Shown: positions 12,210-25,242 of the stretch, one piece after another
Layout of the letters: each line of letters opens with the position of its first letter
Numbering within the stretch: position 1 is the stretch's first letter
Assembly (NCBI RefSeq): GCF_009914755.1
Contig: NC_060927.1
Direction: 5' to 3' (one strand)
DNA from: the human T2T-CHM13v2.0 reference genome, Homo sapiens
DNA length: 64,000 bases
Position numbers and translations under genes: made by a program
The notes under the pieces: model-generated
What the model was told of the DNA's origin: nothing
Database searches by the model: none
What the model saw: the letters and a program-made list of their open reading frames with translations, nothing else

Positions 12210-13157
12210 CATACCCATAGCTAACTCCAATAGCTGGTATCCTCAAGGCTTTGCTGTTTGGTGCTGGTGGCATTGATGTCCTGGAGGTCAACTAGCTTTT
12301 TCAGTCCAATGAACAACAGTAGATGGCCCAACACCTCAGAGAAGCTTGGGATAAGGCTTACTCCTCTTATTCTGCCATGCTGAGTGGCCTGATGTGTACG
12401 TGGGGGGAGAGATGGTGCTGTGATAGGGGACAACTGGTGATTAAGGACATGGTTTAACTCTGTTTTTCTTAAGGAACGCAAAATCCCCTGCATCTCCAAT
12501 TTTGGCTTAGGGGAATGGAGGAAAGTTTGAGGACAATGGCCGTCACTTTTTATGAGCCTGCTCATACTCCAGTTGGATAGAGACACATTTGCAAAACTCT
12601 CTCCAGAAACTCCAGCTGACAAACTGTGTAACTGTCTTCTATGCTACAGATGACTCCAAACTCTGGAATCATGTGAAGAAGAGTATGAGTAAGCAGCAAA
12701 TGTGCTTTATTCTTTGACTCCCCAGATGCTCTCTCAAATCATTTTCTCATTCTGTCCCTGTCCATACCAAACTGCCTTCAGGTCTTGGAAGGCGTTATTT
12801 TCCCCTCTACCATGAAACTTGTGCAGGTGCTGCACCCTCAGGCTCAAATTTCTTTTTCACCCCTTCCCTTCTTAACTCCTTGCTTATTCTTCAGTTTATA
12901 ATGTAAAAAATCCACTTCCTGGGGCAAGTTGTTCTCTCTTTCTTTTATAGTCTTATGGCAACTCAAATGCCATTCCTTGTAGCACTCATCTACATTACAA
13001 TTATATTGTCTTTATTTGTGGGATTTACAAAAGTCTGTCTCCCACACTTACAGCTGACATTTGTAGTTGAGAGCCCCCAGCAATAGAAAGGACACCAGTA
13101 GCTAAAGCCAGTTATGTATACATGTGTGCTATATATATATATTCATAAGAATAAATT

Positions 13158-13812
13158 GAGATGCTCCCACTGGGCCTAAGCCATGCTAGCACCTTCCCAG
13201 GATACCCAGCATCTCCCCCAGGAGACTTTTGCAGTGGACAACCTCCTGCTCCATGGTAACCACATGATGAAAAATGCAAAATGTGGACACGTTAGAATAA
13301 ATGCAACAGGACTCAGTGGAATGTGCTACTCAGGCACTGGAGACATATGTCATAGAAAAGGACATTGTGGCCCATATCCAGAAGAAATTTGACAGGAAGT
13401 ACAATCCCATCCGGTATTGCATCATGTGGGGGAGCCTAGGCAATTCTGTCACACGTGAAGCCAAACACTTCATCTACTTCTACCTGGGCCAGCTGGCTAT
13501 TTTTTTGTTCAAATCTGGTTAAAAGCATGGCCTGTGCCACACATCCGGTGATCTATCCAAAAACAAGGATTGCAGCCTAAATTCCAAATACCAGAGACTG
13601 GAATATCCAGCTGTGCTAAGGGAACACTTCTTTTTTGAAGCTTTATTGTGTTTTGTTTGGGGCATTATCTGTACTAGTTTGTTGTGGTTATAAAATAATT
13701 AACAAAACAGCTTACATATGTATTTATTTTCTATTCTAACCTTCTCTGCCCCACGTTTTTGGTCTCAAAATCCATTCCTTAAAAAAAATAAATCTGTTGC
13801 AGATATGAAAAA
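13158..13812 (+). pseudogene. DYNLL1P: Processed pseudogene of dynein light chain LC8-type 1 (DYNLL1)
   Basis: ORF 13301-13522 matches DYNLL1 residues 17-89 ([14 protein letters not shown]...[17 protein letters not shown]). It is intronless with DYNLL1-like 5' and 3' UTRs, AATAAA at 13787-13792 and a short A tail. TSD aagaataaatt at 13147-13157 and 13813-13823. The native start codon is lost and the N-terminus is disrupted. The pseudogene number cannot be assigned from sequence. Confidence 0.95.
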
Positions 13813-15105
13813 AAGAATAAATTAATCTTCCTGTTGGCTTGTAACTGAGTCAAGAATTTCAATAATAAATGCTACATATAATTTTCGGGCTAGAACATGT
13901 ATATGCTAATCATTGAATATTAGTGCTTGATAAGGCATCTGGCATTTGGTAGCTAATAAATACATGGGGAATGAATAAATGAATAAATATTAGCCTTAAT
14001 GAATTTTGATGTAAAAATTGGTATATGGAAGCTTTATTTTTACAAAACAAAAATTTATATGCCAAAGCACTGTAGATCAAGTGTGTCATAGCCACAGTGA
14101 GCTATTTGTTTTTCCTCAGGAGGAAATGTAACTGCAGTGAAATTCATCCTTGTAGTGCTGATGAATTATGGTTCAGTGATTAGAGAAGAAAAAAACAAGG
14201 TTCAAAGAACAGAATGAAAAATAGCAGTCAGACACTCCAGTATAAACCCTGCTATGTGTGTGTTTGTTGGTTTGTTTAAACATTAATTAAAAAGTGGCTT
14301 CAGTGATAGTTTCCATAATGCCTTTTATTTTCCCTTTATACAGCCCAGATGTTAGAAACAATGCCAGGTTTTAATAATGATGATGTCAGAAACCTCCAAC
14401 ATGGAGACCTTTGAGTAATGAAGCAGAGGCTTGAATCTGAGCTTCTTAGGAATTATTTCAAGGCTTTGTAAAAAGTGTATCTCTAAATGAACTATATATA
14501 ACTATATATACTAAATAAAAAGAATACTTCAAAGTCTTATAATTACTAAATTCATGCATTCAGCTAAAACTTTTTATCTTATAACAAACACATCTGTCAT
14601 CCTATTCTTACACCCACCGCAAACAGTGCCAATCTGAAATACCTATAAATCTGTTCATTCTGAACTCATTAAACTTGGGAACATTATCATTTCATCCTAA
14701 GCTTGTCCTGAATGCACAGAACTACAGTAAGATGTAAGGGACCTGGGCTGTAAGTTAAGAAAACTGTCACTGTGGTCCTGTCCTCTCTGTCAGCCTGACT
14801 TCAGATAGGACCAGACTTGAGCACCGCCAACACATGTTCTTTTAAAGATATTCACAAAAGGTGATTACACATTACTTTAAAAACATTTTTTAAATCAATA
14901 TTTGTCTGAGACTGGATACACTGAAACTGGTTTGATCTTAGGTTATCAATCTCTGAGTAAGCATTAAGAATATACTAAAATCATATTAAATTACCCTTGG
15001 CTATGTCTTTTCTACCAGAATGAATCTAGTTCTTTTCCAGGTGATGATGATTAGGTGTAAAGCAACCTGCAGTTACTTGAGTGAACATTTTTTTCATTAA
15101 GAAAC

Positions 15106-15551
15106 TGATATGGTTTAGATGTTCGTCCCCTCCAAATCTCATGTTGAAATGTGATCCCCAATGTTGGAAGTGGGGCCTGGTGGGAGATGATTGGATCATG
15201 GGAGTGGATCTCAAGAATGAGTTAGGACCATCCCCTTAGTGATAAGTGAGTTCTTGCTCAGTTCATGCAAGATCTGATTGTTTAATCCAAGGGATTTAAT
15301 CCAAGACACCAAGGGACCTCCCTCCTTGGTGTCTTGCTCCCGCTCTCTCCACGTGATGCTCTCGCTCCTGCTTCAGCTTCTGCCATGACTGTAAACTTCC
15401 AGAGGCCCTTGCCAGAAGCCAAGCAGATGTTGGTGCCATGCTAGTAGAGCCTGCAGAGCCATGAGCCGATTAAGCCAATTAAACAATTTTTCTTTGTAAA
15501 TCACTCAGTCTCAGGTATTTCTTTATAGTAACACAGAAACGGACTAACGCA
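15106..15551 (+). mobile_element. MSTB-like MaLR solo LTR
   Basis: Starts 'tgatatggtttagatgttcgtcccctccaaatctcatgttgaaatgtgatcccc' and ends 'ggactaacgca'. Perfect 5-bp TSD gaaac at 15101-15105 and 15552-15556. Confidence 0.9.
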
Positions 15552-16319
15552 GAAACAAATGCACTTTAATTGATAGTGTACACAGACATGAGGCAGCAGT
15601 GGTATGGCTGAGACCAGGCCCCATACTTGTCTTGGCCAAAGTAAGTGGTCTTCTTACAGGGTCTCAGGTGGTGGGGGTGGGAGGTGGGGTTGGGGAGAAG
15701 CAGAGTCAGAGCTTCTGCTTTGACTGGCAGGAGGCCTGTAGACAACAGATCCAGGCAGGGGCCAGGGCTGAGGTATAGGTATGCAGAGCTGTGGCTGGGA
15801 CATGTGTATATCTGTGTGGACAGGTATTTTCAAAACACCTACAGCTACACAGGGTCAGTCTTTTTGGGGTAATATAGGTTAATTCTGGACATTGTATGGA
15901 TGTGTTCAACTGATAGAAATCTTTGAAAACCAAGTAGCTAAATACATAAACAGAATCAGAGCTCACCCTAGTAGATACAAGTACAGTGGTTGCCTTTTCA
16001 GTTTCCTTTCCCCTCCATAGTTAAGTCTAATAAGATGGTGTCTAGCTGGGATATAGCCTTCACCCTCGAGAAGCCCAGCTCCTCTGCTATCTCTCTTCCT
16101 TGGCTCTCCTGTCAGTGTGTGCACATGCCCACAATCACACCCTCTACACCCCCCATCCCCAAACACACATGCAGACATAGATAACTTAGTAGACCTCAAG
16201 AAATCAAAAGAAATAGAAACAGTTATTGCCCACCAAAATCGGGGGCCAGTAGGATCCATTGTAATTTCTTGACATGGGAGTAATATTTTTAAAAGGTGCT
16301 TTTAGCAAATCCATGTGTC

Positions 16320-19300
16320 AGTGAAAGCTGCATTATACTTGCCAGATTAATTTATCAACTTTAGACAGAATTTATTGATCTTCTGCTATCTAGTGGGGAG
16401 AAAATGGAAATAGAGAGATTTACTAGGAATCTGCTGCAGTGAACCTGTCATGACTGAATAAGGGTCTTATCTAGTTGATGGGATGTAGAGATTGATAGGA
16501 GTCAAGGGACAGGAAGAGGCAGAGATACTTTTAAGTTTGCAGGGTAAAAAGAAAAGGCAGTAACTTGGGAGTAGAGGATAAAAGGAGCAATAAGTTTGTC
16601 TCTGGGCATTTTGGTTTATGATAATACTGGTCTTTCCAAGTGAGGATGTTCTGTGGGTAGCTGGAAATGGATGACTAAAACTCGGGAGGGGGAAGGCAGA
16701 AAAAATGATTTGAAATACAGAGCTGTGGAATATTGTGTATCAATTTCAGCATCTTATTCATCTCAGGGTCTCAATGCCTTTTTTGAGTCTTACTTTTCCT
16801 TCCACTGGCAATTAGAAAGTATTTGAAATTTTCTTCATGCTGGTGCTAATTATCCTTTGATTGGACTATTGCAATACCTTGGAATTTGTCTCTTCAGTTT
16901 CATCTTTTCCTTGCTCCAGTACATCATATATGACTTTGTTCCAAGCGCAATTCTGCATAAATAATGTTTTTGGCTCCCTGTTGCCTACAAAATCTAAACC
17001 AGATTTTTCTTAGCTTGACTTTTCAGCTTCAATCTACTATTTGCAAACTAATTGCTCGTTATTTTCCTTCATACATTTAGCAAACTGATCTACTTGCTGA
17101 TCATCACTCATGCTTGATGCTTTCCCATCTTTGTGTGCTGCTTCTGCTGATCCTAGATGCCTTTCCTTAGTCAGAATGCCCTAACCCTAAAAGCTCAGGT
17201 GAAGTGTTGGCTCTACTATAATTGCCCCAGCTGAGCAAATCCCTTTCCTCAATTCCCTTTTCACTTCATCTGTGTGTTGTATACCACTAAATCCATTTTA
17301 TCTTATAGTTATTTGATCATACTCCTTATGTCCCTAAAAAAGACCTTTAAGTTTTTTGAAGATAAGAACTCTTTCCGATAAAACTTCGAAGGTTTTTGGT
17401 ACTCATTATTATGTTTGGCACATAGCAGCACTCAATATTTATTAAAATAAATATGCTTTCCCCTAATCATGTTAAATTTGAAATTTTAAGTTAAGGTTTT
17501 TTGCTTACAAGCAAGAGAAAATAACTCTGTTTAACTTAAGTCAAAAAGAAAGCATTTATTAGAATACCATGATGCAACTCACAATAGTGATGGAAAAGTT
17601 GAGGAACTACCTCTCAAAAAGCAGAGAAATCAGGATGTCCCAGGGACTTGGGGAGCAGGATCTAAGGAAAATCTCAGGGTATTACCATTTGCATTAACGA
17701 GCTCCAACAGTTTTCCCATCTCAACCTCATTTTGGTCAAGATTCAAATTCTCCAAATAACTCTGATTGGCTTTGACTGGGCCACCTGCAGGGAGTGAGTA
17801 GATCTCCTTGGCTAACAGTCCCAGTGAAACTACACATAGTGAAGACTGGGTTATTTCTCAAAGCAAAGTTGGAGAAGAGAGATGCCTGGCAGGTAAGAAG
17901 AATGGATTCTAACACACCCATCTGTGAAACCTCTATGTGTATTTATTTATGCATTGATTTATTTAACCAATCAAAACTTATTGGGTGCCTGTCCTACCAA
18001 ACAATATGCTAATTGCTGGGGATATAAATATGAGTAAGTTGTAGATCATATCTTTAAAAAGGTTTGCAGTATAGTATGTTTATATTGCTTCCCCTGATTC
18101 ATTTTATAATTTTATTAAAATGAATGGTTAAACAAAAAGTGAAATCTCTGGGGAACTTTTCACTGCATCATACTTCCCTCGTGTTCTGTGACTTCAATGC
18201 TATATGGACCATCCATCCAGCATTCTAGCCTCTGAGTTCCATGCCTTCCTCATCGGTCATAAGTGTGTTAAGAGACAAAAATCAGAGAGGTCTACAAGGC
18301 AGGTTGTCTAGAGCCTTGGAGGCCTTGGTAAGGAATTTAGATTTCATTGAAAGTGTGATTGGGAGCAATTGAGGGCATAGTCAATTCAGAGAAGATCACT
18401 CTGGCTACTATCTGGAGAAGAAGTTACGAGAAGACCAGAGACAAGAGTGGGAGCAGGACTCTGTAAGCAGGATGTCACAGTGGTCTAATGGTACTTTAGA
18501 CAAGGGTGTTAGCAGAGGATAGGTGAAAAGTAAACAGGTTTGGGAAAATACTTTTGTTGTGAAACTAATGAGACTCACTCATGGAGTGGATTCAGCGATA
18601 AAGGAGGAATTGAGGACAATATCTAGGTGTATGCAGGTGCCATTTTCTGAGATCCTTATTTTCTGTTCAATTTACTTCCATTATGTCGATTTTTCTATCT
18701 CATTTTGATCACTAATCCATGAACCCTTTTACTATTTTCCTAATCAGTTCTATCCTGCATTCTCTTTCTTCCCTAAAAAACTTGGATCAATGATGCATTA
18801 TTTCTACTGTTCTTATTAACATCTTAAACTCTTCCTCCTCAATGCCCTCCCATTGTATCTGTCTGGTAACACATTCACCAAACCGCTTACCTTTTATGAC
18901 CCTTTGGACTATTGAAACGTTACACAGAAATGCTTATTCAGAACACAATACACTCAGCTACTATTCTCAACTGCTAACACTGGCAATTTTGTCAGTTCCC
19001 TATCAACCCTTGCTTCTCTTCTCTATCGTGACTACTCTGAAACCTCTGACTCCTCTTTCTTACTGTTTCTCCTTCTTAACATGTGAACTCACCATGTACT
19101 TCACAGAGAAAACAGAAATTTGAAAAAGGATTTCTTTTTCTTCCTGCTACCAAGTCTGCAAACCTTTCCTCCTTTTTAGTGAAAAGAGGTGAACCCTCTC
19201 TTGCATGGACTCTTCTTGCCACCTGGGCTCTGGATCCACCTGTACCATGACCTCACTTCATTGATGACTCAACTTACTTTCCTTTGGTCAGCTTGCTTCT

Positions 19301-19740
19301 TTCTCCTTGCTTCTTTTAGTAAGGACTCAGATCTCCACAAACCTCTTTCTTAAAAGCAATATTGGGAAAACAAACAAACAACTAAACCTTACTCATTCCA
19401 ACTCTCCACTCTTTCCAGGCCCTTTGCTAAATCTCTCAACTGCTTTATAACTATACATATTGAAAGAATGGTCTACATTACCTCCCTCAATATTCTAATT
19501 TGCCACTTATTCCTCAACCAACACTCTGGCTTCCCTACACACTACTCTAAAGAAAATGCTGTTGTAAAGGCTACAAAACAAAATACACACGGGTGGTGAT
19601 GGTGACATTTAGTGGGCATGCTTCCATTTTCATTTGGCTTATCCTGTCCTCAGCATTGGACACTGGGCAGTGTCGTTTTTTTCTTGGCTTAGGTACCATC
19701 ATAGTTTATTTTCCTGGTGCTTCTCTTACCTCTCTGGCTT
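16320..19740. mobile_element. Cluster of degraded L2 fragments in both orientations plus an old MaLR-like LTR remnant (~17490-17900)
   Basis: L2-like phrases, e.g. 'ggccttggtaaggaatttagatttcattgaaagtgtgattggg', 'ttggcacatagcagcactcaatattt' and 'tgtacttcacagagaaaacagaa'. Internal boundaries are not resolved. Confidence 0.55.
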
Positions 19741-19746
19741 GGTTTT

Positions 19747-19850
19747 CCTCCCTCCCTCCCTCCCTTTCTTCCTTCCTTCTTTCGTTCCTTCCTCTTTTCT
19801 TTATTCCTTCCTTTCTTTTTTTCTCTCTTTCTCTTTCTTTCTTTTTTGAA
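19747..19850. repeat. Pyrimidine-rich (CCT/TTC) low-complexity tract
   Basis: Direct reading. Confidence 0.85.
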
Positions 19851-20019
19851 TTTATTTATTTTTTTTCAGTTAGTTTCCTAAGTGTTACTCTCCTCTTGAG
19901 TTTATTTTCTAGGCTTTTTTTTCGCCTTTGGGTAATATATTAATTTGGTCTCTCATTTGGACCCTTGAAGTTTCTCTAGAAATGAATCTTCTGATGATAT
20001 GCTGCTGCTGCTACTGTTG

Positions 20020-20020
<1 letters not shown>

Positions 20021-20060
<40 letters not shown>
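20021..20060. repeat. (TG)20 microsatellite, preceded by short (TGC)n
   Basis: Direct reading. Confidence 0.95.
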
Positions 20061-20062
<2 letters not shown>

Positions 20063-21595
20063 GATGATGATAAGCTTAGCTTCCTATCTTCTTTGAACCA
20101 GTAATAAAGGAGGTTGCGGGTGGGGCACTTATGGTTCTACCTGCAGCTATTCATTCAACTTATCTCCTTGTTTTCAGTCTGGTTCCTTACCCTTGCCCTC
20201 TGACAGGCATGGTGTGCCCTAATCTACATCCTCTCTGGTTCAATTTGTCTTGAGAATAAATCTCCTGCTTCCTTCAGGGGTAGGGAAAGGGAACTTACTT
20301 GACTGCTTCAGTTAAAGTGAGGTTTCTAATAACCTTTAAAAAGAAAGTGTCTGAGCAATATTTTAAACATGACATCAGCTGTATACTTGAAGTCTTTCAT
20401 TAGGATGAGAAATTAAATTTTAAAAACTTAGAAAAACAAAAAATTATCTCATGAACTAATTAGTGACTATGTAAAAGAGAAGCTTTGGAGTCTTTAATTG
20501 TTTTTGTCTGGGAATAGTTACCAAAGATGTTGCCACAGTATTATCGAGCTATTTTAGCTTCATAGTATACAAAGTTCACTGGCTATATTAGCTATTAAAT
20601 TATTTGGCTTACCTACTAGCCTTTGCAAAATTTCCCCTACAAATAGCCATGAATTCAAACTATGGCTCCAAAGACTGTATTTTTGCTGCATTTGTGTGTG
20701 TTAAGTGAAGAATTTTTTCAAGGTTTTATTTCTCATTTCTTATACTTTACCTAACAGCTGCTCTCTCCATCACTCTCCCCCTACATTTCCTTTTCTGCAT
20801 TCTTTGATGAGTTGACCCTGTCTCCATTACCTACAGAAAAGTAAATTATAGTCCAATCAAAATTGTACTTTTCAGAAGATTGCTCAGCTGAGGACCATTA
20901 ATAACACCACACTGTGAGACTTTAAATAGTTCTCTTTTCATATGGGCAGGCATATGTGCTTTGGAATAGTGGTGTCCTTGTAAATGTCACCTATTTGTTT
21001 CTCATCTTTAATTAATGGGATTTTCCCAAAGGCCACTAATGAAAGATATTACCCTTAATTAAAACACAACTGTACATTTAGAAATGGAAAAAAAAGTAGA
21101 GCTTATGCTCAATGAATATGCAGCTACAGTGAAGCATTCTCATTTTGAAACATAATGCTGGATGTTATACATAAGAGGATAGATTTTTAAATTAAGTGTG
21201 GATTTTGTTTTCTTCTAAAAATGAGGTCTCAGTAAAGGTGAAATGCCTGTGCTATCATTTCTCCTGAATTTGCTTTTCTCCTGATCTATTAATATTTAAA
21301 TTTGTGTGAGAGCTGGTCATTATGTTTCAATGTTAGATGGAAACACTAGTCATTTGGGCAGTGGTGCTTGTATCATTTCAATTTCTTCACTGCCTGCTCT
21401 GCTCCAGGCATAGTGCTAAGTGCTAGGGAATAGTGAATGGTGATCAACTAAACTAAAATGAGCATGCTCATCAAAGATTGCATTCTGGTAAGTACCATTA
21501 ACAAACAGTGTGTCAAGATGGGGGCCACTTTGAATTGGAAGGCTAGGGTGATCTTTTCTGAGAAGCTGATACTTGAGCAGAAACTTGAAGGATGA

Positions 21596-21947
21596 TGATA
21601 CGGTTTGACTGTGTCCCCACCCAAATCTCACCTTGAATTGTGATAATTCCCAATGTCAAGGACTGGGTCAGGTGGAGATAGCTGAATCATGGGGGCAGTT
21701 TCCCCCATAATGTTCTTGTGGTAGTAAATAAGTTTCATGGGAGCTGATAGTTTTATAAATGGGAGTTCTGCAGAAGCTCTCTTGCCTGCCACCATGGAAG
21801 ACATGCCTTTGCTTCTCCTTTGCCTTCTGCCAAGATTGTGAGGCCTCCCACACCATGTGGAACTGTGAGTCCATTAAACCTCTTTCCTTTGTAAATTACC
21901 CAGTCTCAGGTATGTCTTTATTAGCTGCATGAGAACAGACTAATACA
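21596..21947 (+). mobile_element. THE1B/C MaLR solo LTR inserted in an antisense L2 (~21400-22200)
   Basis: 'tgatacggtttgactgtgtccccacccaaatctcacc...gagaacagactaataca'. L2-like sequence on both sides. Confidence 0.9.
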
Positions 21948-22570
21948 AATTATAAAAACCTAGGCAAGCAAAGAACTGAGGAAAGAGGATTCCAGGCAAA
22001 GAAAACAACAAAGTCACCCTCCATGAAGAGGGAAGGAGCTTAGAAGAGTTAATATGAAAAATGAAGGCCAGTAGGGAAGAAGCATCACAATCCAGGGAAA
22101 AAAAGAGATAACGTTGGAGGGAAATAGGAGCCAGCCCTGCGGAACTCACAGGCCTTGGTAAGGGTTTTCATAATTTATTTTAGGAGCAAAAAGACATTGG
22201 TGTATTTGTAAAATGCATTCAACCTAGTTAAAAGATTACAGAAAAGCTATTATAAACAAATAAAGTTGTAGTCTTGGAGAAAAAGAGGTTTAAAATGAAG
22301 TACCCATACAAAATGGAATATTACTTGACCAATACAAGGAACAATGTGACAATGTAAAGGAAATCCAAAAGCATTATATTGAACAAAGGAAATCATACAC
22401 AAAATGTATATAAAACTTAAGGAAAAGCAAAACTAATTTATAATGTTTGAAATTAGAGTTGTAGTTACCTTGGTGTGGGGGGAAGTGGCTGTTAGAATTG
22501 GCTGGAAAGGGGCCTTGGGTAATAGATAGAACTTATATCTTCACTGGGGTGATGATTACTCAGGTGTATA

Positions 22571-23331
22571 TGAAGCAGGAGCATTCCCTGATCCCCCTTG
22601 CAGGAGATGTGACAGGGCTGTGGCCAGGCTGTGCACTCAAAGCTCTTACAGGAGGGAGAGTACATAGACAGGCAGGTGCAGGAGCCAAGGTGAGTGCCCC
22701 TGGGCTTCGGCCCCATGGCGGCATCCAGGGGTGGGTGTTTGTGACTCCTGAAGCCCAAGTGGGTGCGTGTAACAGTGCATTCTTTTAGCTTTGCCATCCA
22801 CAGACAGCTTAAGTGTTAAACAGCTCAGTAGACCCTCTGCCCTTTTGCAAGGGCACAGGGCTAGTGTGACAGCTTTCTGTATCTTGAGCTCTTGTCCAGT
22901 GTCCAGGAAAAATCAGGCCACACACAGACTTGAAGGATGAATCTGGGGGTTTTATTGAGTGGTGGAGGCGGCTCTCAGCAGGATGGTTGGGAGCTGGAGA
23001 AGGAATGGAGTGGGAAGATGATCTGTCCCTGGAGTTTGGCCATCCAGCCGCCAATCTCCTCTCCGACTGCCCCCAGCTGAACTCCTCTTGGTGTTCAGAC
23101 ACTCCTTCTCTTCTCTCTGCCATGCCGTTCTGCTCTTCTTCTGCTCTTCTGTTCATCTCCTTATGGAGCTGGGGTTTTGGGGTTTATATGGGTACAGGAT
23201 AGGTGGGTGTGGCAGGTCAAAAGGCAACTTTTCAGCACAAAAACAGAACTGCCTGTTCTCATTTAGGGTGAGGCCTTTGCCAGGGAACTGCCTTCTTCTA
23301 TCCAGTATTTCCCTGTCTCCTATTTGTATCA
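22571..23331 (-). mobile_element. LTR1-family (LTR1/LTR27/MER52 group, ERV1) solo LTR inserted into an L1M 3' end
   Basis: The reverse complement starts 'tgatacaaataggagacagggaaatactgg' and contains a TATA-like 'cccatataaacccc' and AATAAA. 4-bp TSD tata/tata. The host L1M text 'caggtgtata|catttgtcaaagctcat' rejoins across it. Confidence 0.85.
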
Positions 23332-23437
23332 TATACATTTGTCAAAGCTCATTACATTGTACACTTAAAATGTGTATATTTGATTGTATGTAAATTACAC
23401 CTCAATTTTTTAGTGCATAGATGTACATATATATGCT

Positions 23438-23442
<5 letters not shown>

Positions 23443-23478
<36 letters not shown>
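23443..23478. repeat. (TA)n microsatellite
   Basis: Direct reading. Confidence 0.95.
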
Positions 23479-23482
<4 letters not shown>

Positions 23483-23611
23483 GTTATCTATGGAAACAGA
23501 CTTCATATCAAATTCTTTAGATTGGAGGAGAAGGCAGGGAGGGATTACTAATTCTTTCTAGATTTGTTTTATAGATTTGATTTGACAAATTATATTTGTT
23601 TTTGGTCTTTC

Positions 23612-23897
23612 TTTTTTTTTTTTTTTGAGGCTGTCTCGCTCTGTTGCCCAGGCTGGAGTGTAGTGACACCATCTTAGCTCACTGCAACCTCTGTCTCCTG
23701 GGTGCAAGCAATTCTTGCCTCCCGAGTAGCTGGTACTGCAGGCACATATCACCACACCCAGCTAATTTTTATATTTTTAGTAGACATGGGGTCTCACTAT
23801 GTTGCCCAGGCTGGTCTCAAACTCCTGAGCTCAAGTGATCCACCTGCTTCAGCCTCTCAAAGTGCTGGGATCACAGGCGTGAGCCACTAAGCCCAAC
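23612..23897 (-). mobile_element. AluJ (Jb-like)
   Basis: Poly-T then an antisense Alu with J-type 'gtctcactatgttgcccaggctggtctcaaactcctgagctcaag'. Confidence 0.9.
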
Positions 23898-25055
23898 TTT
23901 TGTTTTAATTTTTATGAGCATATTACTCTTACAATAATAAATTTAAAATACAATTTGAATTTTAAAAGGCACTGATTGTAAATACTTTAAAACAGAGGTG
24001 CTCTGCACTAACATTGCCCTCCTAACTCTAAAGATGTTGTCTTCCAGGGGCCTGTAACTTAGCTCTATTTCCTCTGGGACTAGGAAGTTGTGAAGGACAG
24101 AGCAGCTACTGGACTTGCTCCACATTGTTTGTTTCAAAATAAAGCATACTGGAGAGAAGGAAAGCAACACAGGAGGGGGGGCGTGTAAGAAAACCAGTTC
24201 TGAGTTTCAGCAGAAATTTATTAAGGGTCGAGAACAGAAAGGAAAACATTCTGCAAGATCTCTGTTTACAGTCTTCTCCCTTTGTCTCCAAAAACCTTCC
24301 CTGTATGCATTTGGAAAATTTCATATGGAATATATATATGCAAAGTCAGCAGTAAACTACTGTCTCTGAAGGAGAACCCAAACCAAAAAAAATTGTATGC
24401 AACTTTGAGGCTTGTTGTAAGAGAGCATTATTAACTGTTTTAATGAAGTTAATTCCAAAGGACTTTTAATGATTGCCTTGTTCTAAGCCTTCCCCTTGCC
24501 ACCAGCTTTTAACTCACCATTCCCTTGGGTTATTTTCCCTGTAAATCCTTTCATTTAATACAAAATATCTGCAGCACCACAACCCAATTGCTAGTTCATG
24601 CTAAGGAGCCTTCATTTACCTATACTGGTATTTTGACCTTCTGACATATAAATCCCAGGAGTTTCTAAACTCAGGCAATTAGCGCTTTGAGTTTCTGACT
24701 CAGACATCCCTTGCTGCAGGCAGAGAGAAAGTAGCTTTTCATAAGATAATTAACTTTTTGCATGCTAACTTCCTGCTATTAAGTTATTGTTTTGACAGGC
24801 ATTAGCTCTAGTTTTATTGTTTGGTTGCTGTTGTTTTTGTTTGTTTGTTTTATCCATAGTGATTACAGCTTTTTATCTTCTAGCTCTATAGCAGATTAAA
24901 GTTTTATTTAATTCCCTGAAATATATACATGTTTAAATCTATATAATATATAATTAATTTAATTTATATAATAGATATTTATATTATATATCAATTATAT
25001 CTATAATTTATATATAATAGGTATTTAAATTATATATAATGGATATTTAATTATT

Positions 25056-25242
25056 ATGATCTTTCTCATTCTCGTTTGTCCACATGGTCAGGAGCAAAGA
25101 CTCCAAGACAGTAGATACAGATAGAAGAAGCCTAATTCTTTAGGTCATCTCAGAGAGATTACCTAGAAGTGATCCTGGGAGTCACCTAGAAGATCCTCTT
25201 GACCTGCACCATATATTGTGAAGGCAGGAGGTAAACTCTTAA
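25056..25242 (+). repeat. ~190-bp direct copy of 26598-26795, flanked by AT-rich filler
   Basis: Both copies read 'atgatctttctcattctc.tttgtccacatggtcaggagcaaagactccaagac...gtgaaggcagg.ggtaaactcttaa'. Confidence 0.95.

Noticed and set aside
14603-14617. 15-mer tattcttacacccac also present inverted at ~51656-51670
   Set aside because: The similarity does not extend, so it is most likely chance in 64 kb of AT-rich DNA.
19593-19943. Hydrophobic 'membrane protein' ORF
   Set aside because: It arises from a pyrimidine low-complexity tract plus L2 sequence.
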